Shown piece by piece: positions 24,724 through 32,000 of a stretch of DNA of 32,000 nucleotides (positions are counted from its first letter, which is position 1; the number at the start of each line of letters is the position of its first letter). Source of the stretch: Nitrososphaerota archaeon (GTDB taxonomy: Archaea; Thermoproteota; Nitrososphaeria_A; Caldarchaeales; Calditenuaceae); contig JBEPYO010000001.1 of the NCBI GenBank assembly GCA_041641295.1, positions 14,574 through 46,573 of the forward strand. The letters are read 5' to 3'. The notes under the pieces were generated by a model. The model worked only from the letters and a program-made list of their open reading frames with translations, had not been told where the DNA came from and did no database searches. The translations under genes and the position numbers were made by a program.

Positions 24724-25540
24724 GTGACCTTCTCTGAGCTCGAGGAAGCCTCAAGAAGATAAGGGGCAAACTGAGGATGATTTTTACCGCGTCCTCTGCC
24801 ACCCGCTTAGGCGAAAGATCATTGTTCTGCTCCACGAAAGAATAGAGCTGTCATATTCTGAGATGTTAAGAGAGCTTGCGGTGGAGGAGGGTCTCTTCAA
24901 CTTTCATCTAAGATCTATGCGTAAACTCATAGACATAACAGAGGATGGAAAATATGTCCTATCAAACATGGGAAGGCTTGCATACGACGTCATCACCAAG
25001 GTGCAGTCCAGCTTAGCCACCGTGGACACGCTCTTTCCGAAGCCAGCCCTCACCCACAACATATTGGCGAGAAGAGTCGCAGCCTTCCTTATCGACGGTC
25101 TAATCTTCTTCGTATTCAGCGGAGTATGGTTAGACCCATTCCTCTGGAACGCTCTTATGCAATCGATAATGCACATCACCGAGCTGAGAGTTCTCCACCC
25201 CTGGCTATTCCACCCAGAGCATATCCCTGAGATCGGGGGATTGATCTTTCGAGTAGTTGCAGCCTACTCACATATCTTCTTCGCCATATTCATCACGCTC
25301 ACACTACTGGATGCATACAAGGGTCAAACCCCGGGACGCTATCTTCTCGGGATAAGAGTGGTAACAATAGCTAATCGAAGGCTGGATCTAATAGAAGCAG
25401 GGATAAGAAACATTGGGAAGGTCTTTCTACTCCCGCTGGACCTAATCATAGGCCTTCTCTTCTTTTACAAGCGCGGCTACATAAGATTCTTCGACTACTA
25501 CACAAAAAGCAAAGTGGAGATGGTGAAAGGAGGTCTCTAG
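24724..25540 (+). CDS. ArsR-type winged-HTH fused to an RDD-family membrane domain; N-terminus interrupted by a frame change near 24760
   Basis: The in-frame region upstream of ATG 24863 (no canonical start) reads ...EDDFYRVLCHPLRRKIIVLLHERIELSYSEMLRELAVEEGLFNFHLRSMRKL, an ArsR-like HTH. Downstream, ARRVAAFLIDGLIFFVF...GQTPGRYLLGIRVV...LLPLDLIIG is the RDD pattern. GTG 24724 opens MTFSELEEASRR, then TAA (24760-24762) in the -1 frame relative to the main ORF. Confidence 0.55.
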
Positions 25541-25862
25541 CAAGCATTAAAGGGTCTTAACAGGATGTAACAAAGAATGTTTTAAGGGGCCCGGTCATAT
25601 CATCGCCTCCACACCAGCCTTGGCCAAGAGACATGTCTAGGCTGAAAGGCTTGGCAGAAGCGAAAAATGCGCCTCACCCCAGCTGCTGGGTATGATACAC
25701 ATCTATGCAGGATGGTTAGGATCTTCTCTTGACCCTTTTATTGGTTCCGGATACCTTTATAATTTATGGGTAAGGTAAGCAGATAACCATATCACAACAT
25801 CAAAGAATTACACATACCGTGGAGACATTGGTTTTAAATCATAGTTTTTATAGCACTGATGA

Positions 25863-26450
25863 ATGTTAAACGGTATCATGCACAATGTCACTATTAAGGT
25901 GTTAACACCAGCTCTGCTTGAGGATTATCTAAAATTTTTTGACGAATACGCGTTCGCAGATAACCCACAATGGTTCGGCTGCTACTGCATGTATTTTCAC
26001 TTCAACGGAAGTAATGAAGAATGGGACGCCCGCCCTCCTTTAGAAAACCGAGACGCGGTCAGCGAACTTATCCGTCGTGGTAAGTTTCAAGGCCTTCTTG
26101 CATATGTTGATGGCAAGCCTGTTGGCTGGTGTCATGCTGCACCACGTATGGAAATGTCTAGACTAGGCACAATCCCTGAACTGCGGATTGAGGATGCTGA
26201 AAGAGTTGGCTCGATCGTCTGCTTTATCATAGCTCACCCGTTTCGTCGCAGGGGAATTGCCCGCCTCTTGCTAGATGCTGCATGCGACTTGCTCTCTAGT
26301 CTGGGTCTCTCAATTGCAGAGGCCTATCCAGTTAAGGAGGCGAAGACAGATGCAGAGAACTATAGAGGGCCACTAACCCTGTACTTGTCGGCTGGCTTCA
26401 AACCCTTCAGAGAACTTAAAGACACGATAATAGTGCGTAAAACACTGTGA
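25863..26450 (+). CDS. GNAT-family N-acetyltransferase
   Basis: IVCFIIAHPFRRRGIARLLLDAA is GNAT motif A (R/Q-x-x-G-x-A/G), followed by the C-terminal LYLSAGFKPF motif B region. Confidence 0.75.
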   Translation: MLNGIMHNVTIKVLTPALLEDYLKFFDEYAFADNPQWFGCYCMYFHFNGSNEEWDARPPLENRDAVSELIRRGKFQGLLAYVDGKPVGWCHAAPRMEMSRLGTIPELRIEDAERVGSIVCFIIAHPFRRRGIARLLLDAACDLLSSLGLSIAEAYPVKEAKTDAENYRGPLTLYLSAGFKPFRELKDTIIVRKTL

Positions 26451-26679
26451 AGTAATTTATGACTTTGTTCAACCGCGGTCAGACATTTCGAGTGATTGGA
26501 TCACATCAAGTGATCGTATAATTTTAGATAACTCCTAAACTGTCTTCTGGCATATAGATATCACGCTTCGGAATACAAAACTAATGATTGGACATAAAAT
26601 GGCGCAGCAGTTAAGCCAAGAGCAGGCCTCTTTTTGGGATATTTGTTTTGCTTGTTAGGCCCGTTCATGATGTATGCCC

Positions 26680-27045
26680 TTATAGGGGTTTGGCGTATTT
26701 GGCTACAGTATCTTGGGAAAGCTCCAGTGCTATGAATGGCTCGTCTCCAACAACCCACGCATCATGGCCAGGCAAGATTTCATAGGCGCTTCCAGGCTGC
26801 AGCTCAGCGACTTCCTTGCCATCACTCGCAACCACCTTAAGACGACCTGAAATCACATATCCTATGTGATGTAACTGACAACTATCAGTCTTTGTAATCG
26901 GCTTGATAGACTTTGACCACCTCCATCCAGGCTGCAGGATCATACGCATTATAGAGAATCCTCCTAGATTCACCACCTCTACTTTCCCGTTCTCAAAGCT
27001 TCTCACATCATCCGGCGATTCTAATCGTTTATTCCTTATGCTCAT
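26680..27045 (-). CDS. Cupin-domain protein
   Basis: 121 aa. GWRWSKSIKPI...CQLHHIGYVISGRLKVV..DG...LQPGSAYEILPGHDAWVVGDEP fits the two-motif cupin beta-barrel pattern. Confidence 0.7.
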   Translation of the reverse strand: MSIRNKRLESPDDVRSFENGKVEVVNLGGFSIMRMILQPGWRWSKSIKPITKTDSCQLHHIGYVISGRLKVVASDGKEVAELQPGSAYEILPGHDAWVVGDEPFIALELSQDTVAKYAKPL

Positions 27046-27202
27046 GACTAACTCTTATTTACGTACATATTAAGTCTAGCTGGCCCACCGATTTTAACGT
27101 AGTTCAACATGGATTAATAGGTAAACCGGGAGCACGTATGCGTGCCAATCCGTGTAGGGATATTATCCTTTGCCGCGGCATAGTTACAGATAATTTATCA
27201 GG

Positions 27203-27832
27203 TTAGTTTGTTTGTTTTTGTTTGAGTTTCTTGATTCTGGTGCGATACTTTTCTCTATAGAGTTGGAGGCATGAACGGCAACATAAGAAGGCGTATGCGC
27301 CTCCAGCCCTAAATGTAAGCGGCTCCCCTCTGATGGGTCCGCCACAGTAGTCACACTTCAGCTCGACCACTACCCCTTCTTCCAGTGGGAAACCTGGCTC
27401 ATCCCTCAAACTACGGATAATCATGATTACATTGTTTATCTCAAGTCCTTCGATGCGTGCTAGCTCTTCCTCGAACCGCTGGAATCCAACAAGGTCCTTG
27501 CAGGCAACCTTGATCAGTAGGTTACTTTCCCCACTTATGAGAAAGACACCACGTACCTGCTGCATAGCTAATATGCGTTCAATTATTTCTCTTGCCGTAT
27601 TGCCTTTCACCTTGGCGAATATTAGGCCGGCGGCCCCCCTGCCGAACGACTCAAGGTCTAGAACTGGAATGAAGCCTTTGAGCAATCCAGCCTTCTTGAG
27701 GCGCTCGACCCTATATGCAATTGTAGGCGTTGTTGTTCTCAGGGTGCGGGCTATTTGTCTATATGATGCCCGCGCATCCCGCATGAGAGCCTGCAGTATT
27801 GCTATGTCTAACTTGTCAAGAGTTAGGGGCAT
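27203..27832 (-). CDS. Lrp/AsnC-type HTH regulator with a C-terminal TRASH metal-binding domain (CopR-like); start moved to ATG 27832
   Basis: MPLTLDKLDIAILQALMRDARASYRQIARTLRTTTPTIAYRVERLKKAGLLKGF (Lrp HTH), an RAM-like middle part, and C-terminal CDYCGGPIRGEPLTFRAGGAYAFLCCRSCLQLY (CxxC...CxxxC TRASH pattern). Confidence 0.75.
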   Translation of the reverse strand: MPLTLDKLDIAILQALMRDARASYRQIARTLRTTTPTIAYRVERLKKAGLLKGFIPVLDLESFGRGAAGLIFAKVKGNTAREIIERILAMQQVRGVFLISGESNLLIKVACKDLVGFQRFEEELARIEGLEINNVIMIIRSLRDEPGFPLEEGVVVELKCDYCGGPIRGEPLTFRAGGAYAFLCCRSCLQLYREKYRTRIKKLKQKQTN

Positions 27833-27853
27833 GCACAACATCATCACTATGGG

Positions 27854-27864
27854 GATATATATGG
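27854..27864 (-). promoter_or_regulatory. TATA-like box for the Lrp-TRASH regulator gene
   Basis: The minus strand reads CCATATATATC, centred ~27 nt upstream of ATG 27832. Confidence 0.4.
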
Positions 27865-27894
27865 TTGCGGTACTTTTCATCCATAGAGCCCTGC

Positions 27895-28842
27895 TTATTC
27901 TGAAGCCATCTCCTCTACAAAATTCCATTCAAAGACCCTGTCAACACCGTACAACCCTTTCAGGATAAGTCTGATAGAGCGGGGTTGGTAATCTAATGGT
28001 GGGAATGTTAGTATCCCGTCTCTATGATGACCGCCCGGAGGAGATCCATTCCATGACTTTGGATAATAAATTCTACCATTATCGTCCTGAAGTATGGCGA
28101 CAGAGAGCATGTCCCAATATAGGTCACCTACGTGAGTATCCATTTTAATATTGAAGGAGAGTTCTTTGCCTACCGAGTATGGGAGTGGGGTCACCTCTAC
28201 TGTCAGCCCATTTGCCTCACTGACTTGCTTGGGGAGCATTATCACGTTGCTGCTCTCCTGCTCTGATGACATGGCGACAGTACCTAGAATTCCCCAGCCC
28301 AGCATAAACGAGCCTATTATAACAGAAGTTACTAGTGCCGTATTTTTAGCCTTAGCCATATTTATACGCATCAATCCAGCTAGGATACCCTTGTCTTCAT
28401 AGAGTCTGTGCCTCTGTATCAGGTTTAGCATGAAGGTGATGCCAACAACATTTGATAGCAGCCCTACGACGATGAGGTATGGTTGGTAGGCTGTAAGGAA
28501 TATGGCCGCGGCCGTAAACCCTACCAGGGGCAAAACATCAGTTATGTGGTGGATGCAGCAAGCTAACATGGCGGTTGTTGAAACCCCTCCCGTTATGGAT
28601 ACGCAGGCAGTGCCTTCGTGTAGGGTTGCGGCTCTGTGTCTCGCGTAGGAGAAGAGTGAGACTTGGACACCAAATCCCGCCAACAATGGAATCATCAGAG
28701 GCGAGAGGAGAATAAACTGTTCAACGGCGGCCGCTAGAGACTGTGCAATAACCATTATGAAGAAATAGACGGTGAACAAAGCCCCGGCAGACAGCAAGCC
28801 GATGGCTACGTGCCTGTTCAAATAATTTGGCTTAGCTACCAT
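27895..28842 (-). CDS. Uncharacterised membrane protein with an intramembrane CC-HH motif and a C-terminal beta-rich ectodomain carrying GGHH
   Basis: About 5-6 hydrophobic helices. GGVSTTAMLACCIHHITDVLPLVGFTAAA carries a vicinal Cys pair followed by PLV..GF, reminiscent of MerT/MerF helices. C-terminal VEVTPLPYSVGKELSFNIKMDTHVGDL...SPPGGHHRDGILTFPPL. GGAGG lies 9 nt upstream of the ATG. Confidence 0.45.
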   Translation of the reverse strand: MVAKPNYLNRHVAIGLLSAGALFTVYFFIMVIAQSLAAAVEQFILLSPLMIPLLAGFGVQVSLFSYARHRAATLHEGTACVSITGGVSTTAMLACCIHHITDVLPLVGFTAAAIFLTAYQPYLIVVGLLSNVVGITFMLNLIQRHRLYEDKGILAGLMRINMAKAKNTALVTSVIIGSFMLGWGILGTVAMSSEQESSNVIMLPKQVSEANGLTVEVTPLPYSVGKELSFNIKMDTHVGDLYWDMLSVAILQDDNGRIYYPKSWNGSPPGGHHRDGILTFPPLDYQPRSIRLILKGLYGVDRVFEWNFVEEMASE

Positions 28843-28912
28843 GGGGCATCCCCTCCAAAGAGATACCTTGTACTGCGCAACAATAGTCTGAAGACAGGCT
28901 GGGCAGCATCAT
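28832..28912 (-). CDS. Speculative 26-aa ORF with a vicinal Cys pair upstream of, and overlapping, the membrane-protein gene
   Basis: MMLPSLSSDYCCAVQGISLEGMPHGS. AGGAGG (28924..28919) lies 6 nt upstream of ATG 28912. The stop TAA (28834..28832) overlaps the downstream start by 11 nt. Confidence 0.15.
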   Translation of the reverse strand: MMLPSLSSDYCCAVQGISLEGMPHGS

Positions 28913-29017
28913 GCATTACCTCCTTTCATACATTAAATCCTTAAACTAAAAGATATGCCTTCCTTGTTACAAATAAAAAGTGTGAGACTCGCATACTTTA
29001 CATGTGTAAAGACGGAT

Positions 29018-29028
29018 GTATTTATTGG
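29018..29028 (+). promoter_or_regulatory. TATA-like box for the cupredoxin-like gene of the cop locus
   Basis: GTATTTATTGG is centred ~26 nt upstream of ATG 29049. It lies inside the over-extended track ORF. Confidence 0.4.
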
Positions 29029-29048
29029 AGCAGGTCTTATACTATTTG

Positions 29049-29522
29049 ATGAAAGGTAAGAAAACAAAACGAAGGCAGCGAGGCCTCCTTGATGCATTGA
29101 AGGCAGCTCTTCCACTTATTCTGTTTATTATCTTCTTGGGTTGGCTGCTCTGGCCTCAGACACCACAGTCATACTCACAGTCGCAGATAACGTCGCAGTC
29201 CCCGGCACAGTCTGGAGCTGGCAGGGTAGTAGAAGTCCAAGCAGATATGGCTGGCTTTAGACCAAATATAATCCGAGCAAGGGTGGGAGAGAAACTGACT
29301 GTAAGACTTGTCAGTCTAGACAATGAGTACCACGTTGATGGAGGGGGCAAGCACCAATTTGCCATCGACGAGATGGGTGTGAATATAGTCGCGCCTCCCT
29401 TAGGCGCAAGTGAAGCTTCCTTCACACCTACTCAGGCAGGAACCTACGTATTTTACTGCGATATCTGTTGCGGCGGCCGTAATAACCCGTCAATGAGGGG
29501 CCAGTTAATAGTCGAGAGTTAG
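29049..29522 (+). CDS. Membrane-anchored cupredoxin-like protein with an atypical Cys-rich site (CDICCGG), start moved to ATG 29049
   Basis: MKGKKTKRRQRG + TM LPLILFIIFLGWLLW. FRPNIIRARVGEKLTVRLVSLDNEYHVDGGGKHQFAIDEMGV ... GTYVFYCDICCGGRNNPSMRGQLIV has cupredoxin topology and a MxGxLxV tail. Asn sits where the second His ligand is expected. Confidence 0.5.
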   Translation: MKGKKTKRRQRGLLDALKAALPLILFIIFLGWLLWPQTPQSYSQSQITSQSPAQSGAGRVVEVQADMAGFRPNIIRARVGEKLTVRLVSLDNEYHVDGGGKHQFAIDEMGVNIVAPPLGASEASFTPTQAGTYVFYCDICCGGRNNPSMRGQLIVES

Positions 29523-29698
29523 AAACGACTTCACGATTGATCGGTCTACTGCGGGTCACGTATTAAAAATCCGCCTAATAGGTTCCTCTCTTAAATGTGT
29601 ATTCGTATAGTCTGATACATGTTAGATTTTTAGTCCCCATTCTTTACATTCGTAAAGAGCTAGCTTTTTACTCGACTGTGCTCAATATTGTGGTGAAG

Positions 29699-29917
29699 AT
29701 GTTCGGGTTCGGGAAAGCTAAGGATCCTGTGTGTGGCATGAGCGTAGAAAAGAAGAAAGCGATCAAGAGAATTGTCGGAGGTGTTGAGTATTATTTTTGT
29801 AGCGAGCATTGTGCAAATGAATTTGAAAACAAGCATGGGGGGTCAGTTGAACTTGAAGAGGACGAGCTGCACAGCCACGGTGGACATAGAGGGCACCATC
29901 ATACGGGCTGTTGTTGA
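29699..29917 (+). CDS. YHS/TRASH-domain metal-binding protein with a His-rich, Cys-terminated tail (CopM/CopT-like); start moved to ATG 29699
   Basis: MFGFGKAKDPVCGMSVEKKKAIKRIVGGVEYYFCSEHCANEF (DPVCGM...YYFCS..C), then ELHSHGGHRGHHHTGCC. Confidence 0.75.
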   Translation: MFGFGKAKDPVCGMSVEKKKAIKRIVGGVEYYFCSEHCANEFENKHGGSVELEEDELHSHGGHRGHHHTGCC

Positions 29918-29972
29918 TAACTGGTGCGGCTTACAAGACTTTTTGGACGTATCTCAGTAGAGGTGTAATTTT

Positions 29973-32000
29973 GTGAAGGAGAAGAAAATAGACCTGCAGA
30001 TTGGTGGAATGCACTGCGCCTCATGCGCTCAGACGATAGAGAAGGCTCTAAGAGGCTTAGAAGGAGTGATAGATGTGAGTGTTAACTTCAATGCTGCTAA
30101 AGCTTACGTCGTGTATGACCCGGGTAAAGTGCACCTCTCTGACTTGAAGAGGATTATAAGTGATGTGGGGTATAGAGTTCTCACAAATAAGGTTACCTTA
30201 AAGATTGAGGGGATGACTTGCGCCTCCTGCGTCCAGAAGGTTGAGAATGCGCTCAGAAATGTGGATGGAGTCTTTGATGCTACGGTAAATTTGGCCTTGG
30301 GTAAGGCAACAGTCGAATACGCATCTGACGTTAAAATTTCGGAGATGGTTAAAGCGGTCAGGGAGGTAGGTTATGAGGCGTCGGAGGCTGTTGAGGCAGA
30401 GCTGACGATTGACAGGGGAAAGCTTGAGAGGAGGAAGGAGATAAGACGGCAGACAATCAACCTTGCCCTTGCAACTCCACTAGCGTTGATAGTTATGCTG
30501 GGAGAGTTCCGCATGTATTGGCTGAACTATTTTTATGTTCCCGAGTTTATGGAGAATAAATTCTTCCTCCTTGCTATCACTTCTATAGTAGTGTTTGGTC
30601 CTGCTAGGCAGTTCTTTGTTAACTCCTTTAGAGGGCTGATGCACGGCGCAACGGACATGAACCTTCTCTACGCCACAGGTATAGGCGCTGCATACTCAGT
30701 CAGCGCTTTCAGTACATTCTTCCCCTTCGGGGGTGGGCTCCCAAGCGTCTGGTTTGAGGCAGCAGCCCTTCTAACAGCCTTCATAGTCCTAGGACGCTTC
30801 CTAGAGGCTATAACGCGTGGAAGAACCTCAGAGGCCATCAGGAGGCTCATGGAGATTAAGCCTAAGACTGCGAGGGTGATCCGGGATGGTGAAGAGGTGG
30901 AGATATCAGCGGATGATGTTCAGATCGGGGATGTAGTCTTAGTGAGGCCAGGTGAAAGGATTCCCGTAGACGGTATAGTGATTGAAGGATACTCCTCCGT
31001 AGATGAGTCCATGATCACGGGGGAAAGTATGCCAGTGGACAAGAAGGTAGGTGATGAGGTTATAGGTGGAACGGTGAACAAGGCAGGCTTTCTCAAGTTT
31101 AGGGCAACTAAAGTTGGTAAGGATACCGCTTTAGCACAAATTATAAAGCTTGTTGAGCAGGCTCAGACCTCTAAGCTCCCAATTCAGAGGCTGGCAGACT
31201 GGGTTGCAGGAAACTTCATCTTCGCCATACACGTTTTAGCTCTGATAACGTTTCTCTTCTGGTTCTTCATTGGCTATGAAGCATTCTTCGTACCTAAGGG
31301 CGAGGAGATCTTTACTGGGTTCTGGTACCGCGTCGTTCCCCAAGCCTCTCCAGCCACACTCGCCCTGCTTATCTCAATAGCTGTACTAGTCATCTCATGC
31401 CCATGCGCCGTGGGCCTCGCCACTCCCTCAGCTGTTATGATGGGAACAGGCAAGGCGGCGGAGAACGGGATACTGATAAGAAGTGGTGAAGCCCTAGAAA
31501 TGGCCCATAAGCTTGACGTCATCATCTTCGATAAGACAGGTACTCTAACTAAAGGGGAGCCGTCAGTAACCGATGTAGTGCTAAAGGCAGCACCAGCTAT
31601 ACGCGCCAACCCACATCCTCGTGACGAGAGATGGCTGCTCTTGATGGCGGCTATTGCTGAGAAGAGGTCGGAGCACCCGCTAGCGAAGGCAATTGTGAAA
31701 AGGGCTAGGGAACTTGGTCTCGACATACCAGACCCAGAGTCATTTGAGGCTATACCGGGGCAGGGGGTCCAAGCAGCATACAATGGAAAGACAATCCTTC
31801 TAGGCAACAGAAAACTGATGACCAGCAAGGGAATAAGGATAGACGATCTGGAGGAGAAGATAGCAGCCCTGGAGGACGAGGGGAAGACAGTTATGATCCT
31901 CTCTTATGATGGCGAGGCCTGCGGAGTTATAGCGGTCGCAGACACTCTTAAGGAACACTCTGCAGAAGCCGTTAATATTATTCAGGAGATGGGCATCGAA
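29973..32000 (+). CDS. copA: Copper-translocating P1B-type ATPase, N-terminal 676 aa (partial, continues beyond the right edge; absent from the ORF track)
   Basis: Manual translation from GTG 29973 (GAGGTG lies 7 nt upstream): [26 protein letters not shown]... plus a second HMA domain, [23 protein letters not shown]-region ITGESMPV, the CPC motif [12 protein letters not shown] and the phosphorylation site [10 protein letters not shown]. Open to the window end. Confidence 0.9.
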   Translation, partial: MKEKKIDLQIGGMHCASCAQTIEKALRGLEGVIDVSVNFNAAKAYVVYDPGKVHLSDLKRIISDVGYRVLTNKVTLKIEGMTCASCVQKVENALRNVDGVFDATVNLALGKATVEYASDVKISEMVKAVREVGYEASEAVEAELTIDRGKLERRKEIRRQTINLALATPLALIVMLGEFRMYWLNYFYVPEFMENKFFLLAITSIVVFGPARQFFVNSFRGLMHGATDMNLLYATGIGAAYSVSAFSTFFPFGGGLPSVWFEAAALLTAFIVLGRFLEAITRGRTSEAIRRLMEIKPKTARVIRDGEEVEISADDVQIGDVVLVRPGERIPVDGIVIEGYSSVDESMITGESMPVDKKVGDEVIGGTVNKAGFLKFRATKVGKDTALAQIIKLVEQAQTSKLPIQRLADWVAGNFIFAIHVLALITFLFWFFIGYEAFFVPKGEEIFTGFWYRVVPQASPATLALLISIAVLVISCPCAVGLATPSAVMMGTGKAAENGILIRSGEALEMAHKLDVIIFDKTGTLTKGEPSVTDVVLKAAPAIRANPHPRDERWLLLMAAIAEKRSEHPLAKAIVKRARELGLDIPDPESFEAIPGQGVQAAYNGKTILLGNRKLMTSKGIRIDDLEEKIAALEDEGKTVMILSYDGEACGVIAVADTLKEHSAEAVNIIQEMGIE

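Noticed and set aside
25541-25862. Possible small genes or hairpins in the spacer before the GNAT gene (for example GCCAAG...CTTGGC and a 25-codon minus-strand ORF)
   Set aside because: The stems are short and there is no start-signal context or motif. Nothing distinguishes them from chance.
27833-27928. 32-residue N-terminal extension of the Lrp-TRASH regulator ORF
   Set aside because: The Lrp HTH begins at MPLTLDKLDIAIL. The extension overlaps the 3' end of the upstream gene and contains the likely TATA box.
31274-31828. 184-aa minus-strand ORF from the track
   Set aside because: It lies entirely antisense to the copA reading frame, which carries unmistakable CPC and DKTGT motifs. It is a shadow ORF with an Ser/Ala-rich, low-complexity composition.
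1-32000. CRISPR arrays, rRNA genes, transposases and defence-system genes
   Set aside because: No regularly spaced direct repeats, no rRNA-like conserved stretches, no transposase/integrase-like ORFs and no nuclease/ATPase defence signatures were seen on either strand.

Overview
The window looks like a gene-dense archaeal chromosome segment, probably Thermoproteota/Crenarchaeota-like. Supporting signs:
- an RtcB ligase and an intron-containing tRNA
- A/T-rich TATA-like boxes about 25-30 nt upstream of many start codons, which suggests leaderless mRNAs
- GGAGG Shine-Dalgarno-like sites and ATGA/GTGA overlaps inside operons

I support about 33 protein genes, 3 tRNAs and a few small or regulatory candidates. 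The ORF track renders GTG and TTG starts as M, and several N-termini appear over-extended; corrected starts are proposed below. Two genes that run off the window edges are missing from the track: hemA at 1-521 (minus strand) and a copA P-type ATPase at 29973-32000 (plus strand).

Gene content from left to right:
- 1-7850: hemA, a 1213-aa fused IOR-family oxidoreductase that looks AT-rich, tRNA-Arg(CCG), glycerophosphodiester phosphodiesterase, a Tat-signal metallophosphoesterase and RtcB.
- 7979-11117: a membrane protein, stand-alone uS14, a hypothetical protein, a Trm112-like protein and a presenilin-like protease.
- 11192-14128: a BMP-family binding protein coupled to an amidohydrolase, tRNA-Cys and a two-intron tRNA-Leu(UAA).
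- 14198-19478: a Kv-type K+ channel, an alpha/beta hydrolase, MerA, an OsmC-like protein and a short MetE.
- 19538-24530 (minus strand): a five- or six-gene cluster. It pairs an NrfC-like 4x[Fe-S] Tat protein and an NrfD-like quinone-site membrane protein, the latter fused to an unknown C-terminal domain of about 220 aa. Membrane-anchored cupredoxin-like proteins with CuA-like Cys-pair motifs accompany them. No molybdopterin or haem subunit is visible.
- 24724-25540: a divergent ArsR-HTH/RDD membrane regulator gene whose N-terminus is frame-interrupted.
- 25863-27045: a GNAT acetyltransferase and a cupin.
- 27203-32000: an expanded copper locus with an Lrp-TRASH regulator, a membrane protein with a vicinal-Cys plus His-His motif, a cupredoxin-like protein, a YHS/TRASH His-rich protein and CopA.

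The Fe-S/NrfD/cupredoxin cluster is my best candidate for an undescribed system. All calls rest on motif reading by eye; no database search or computation was run.
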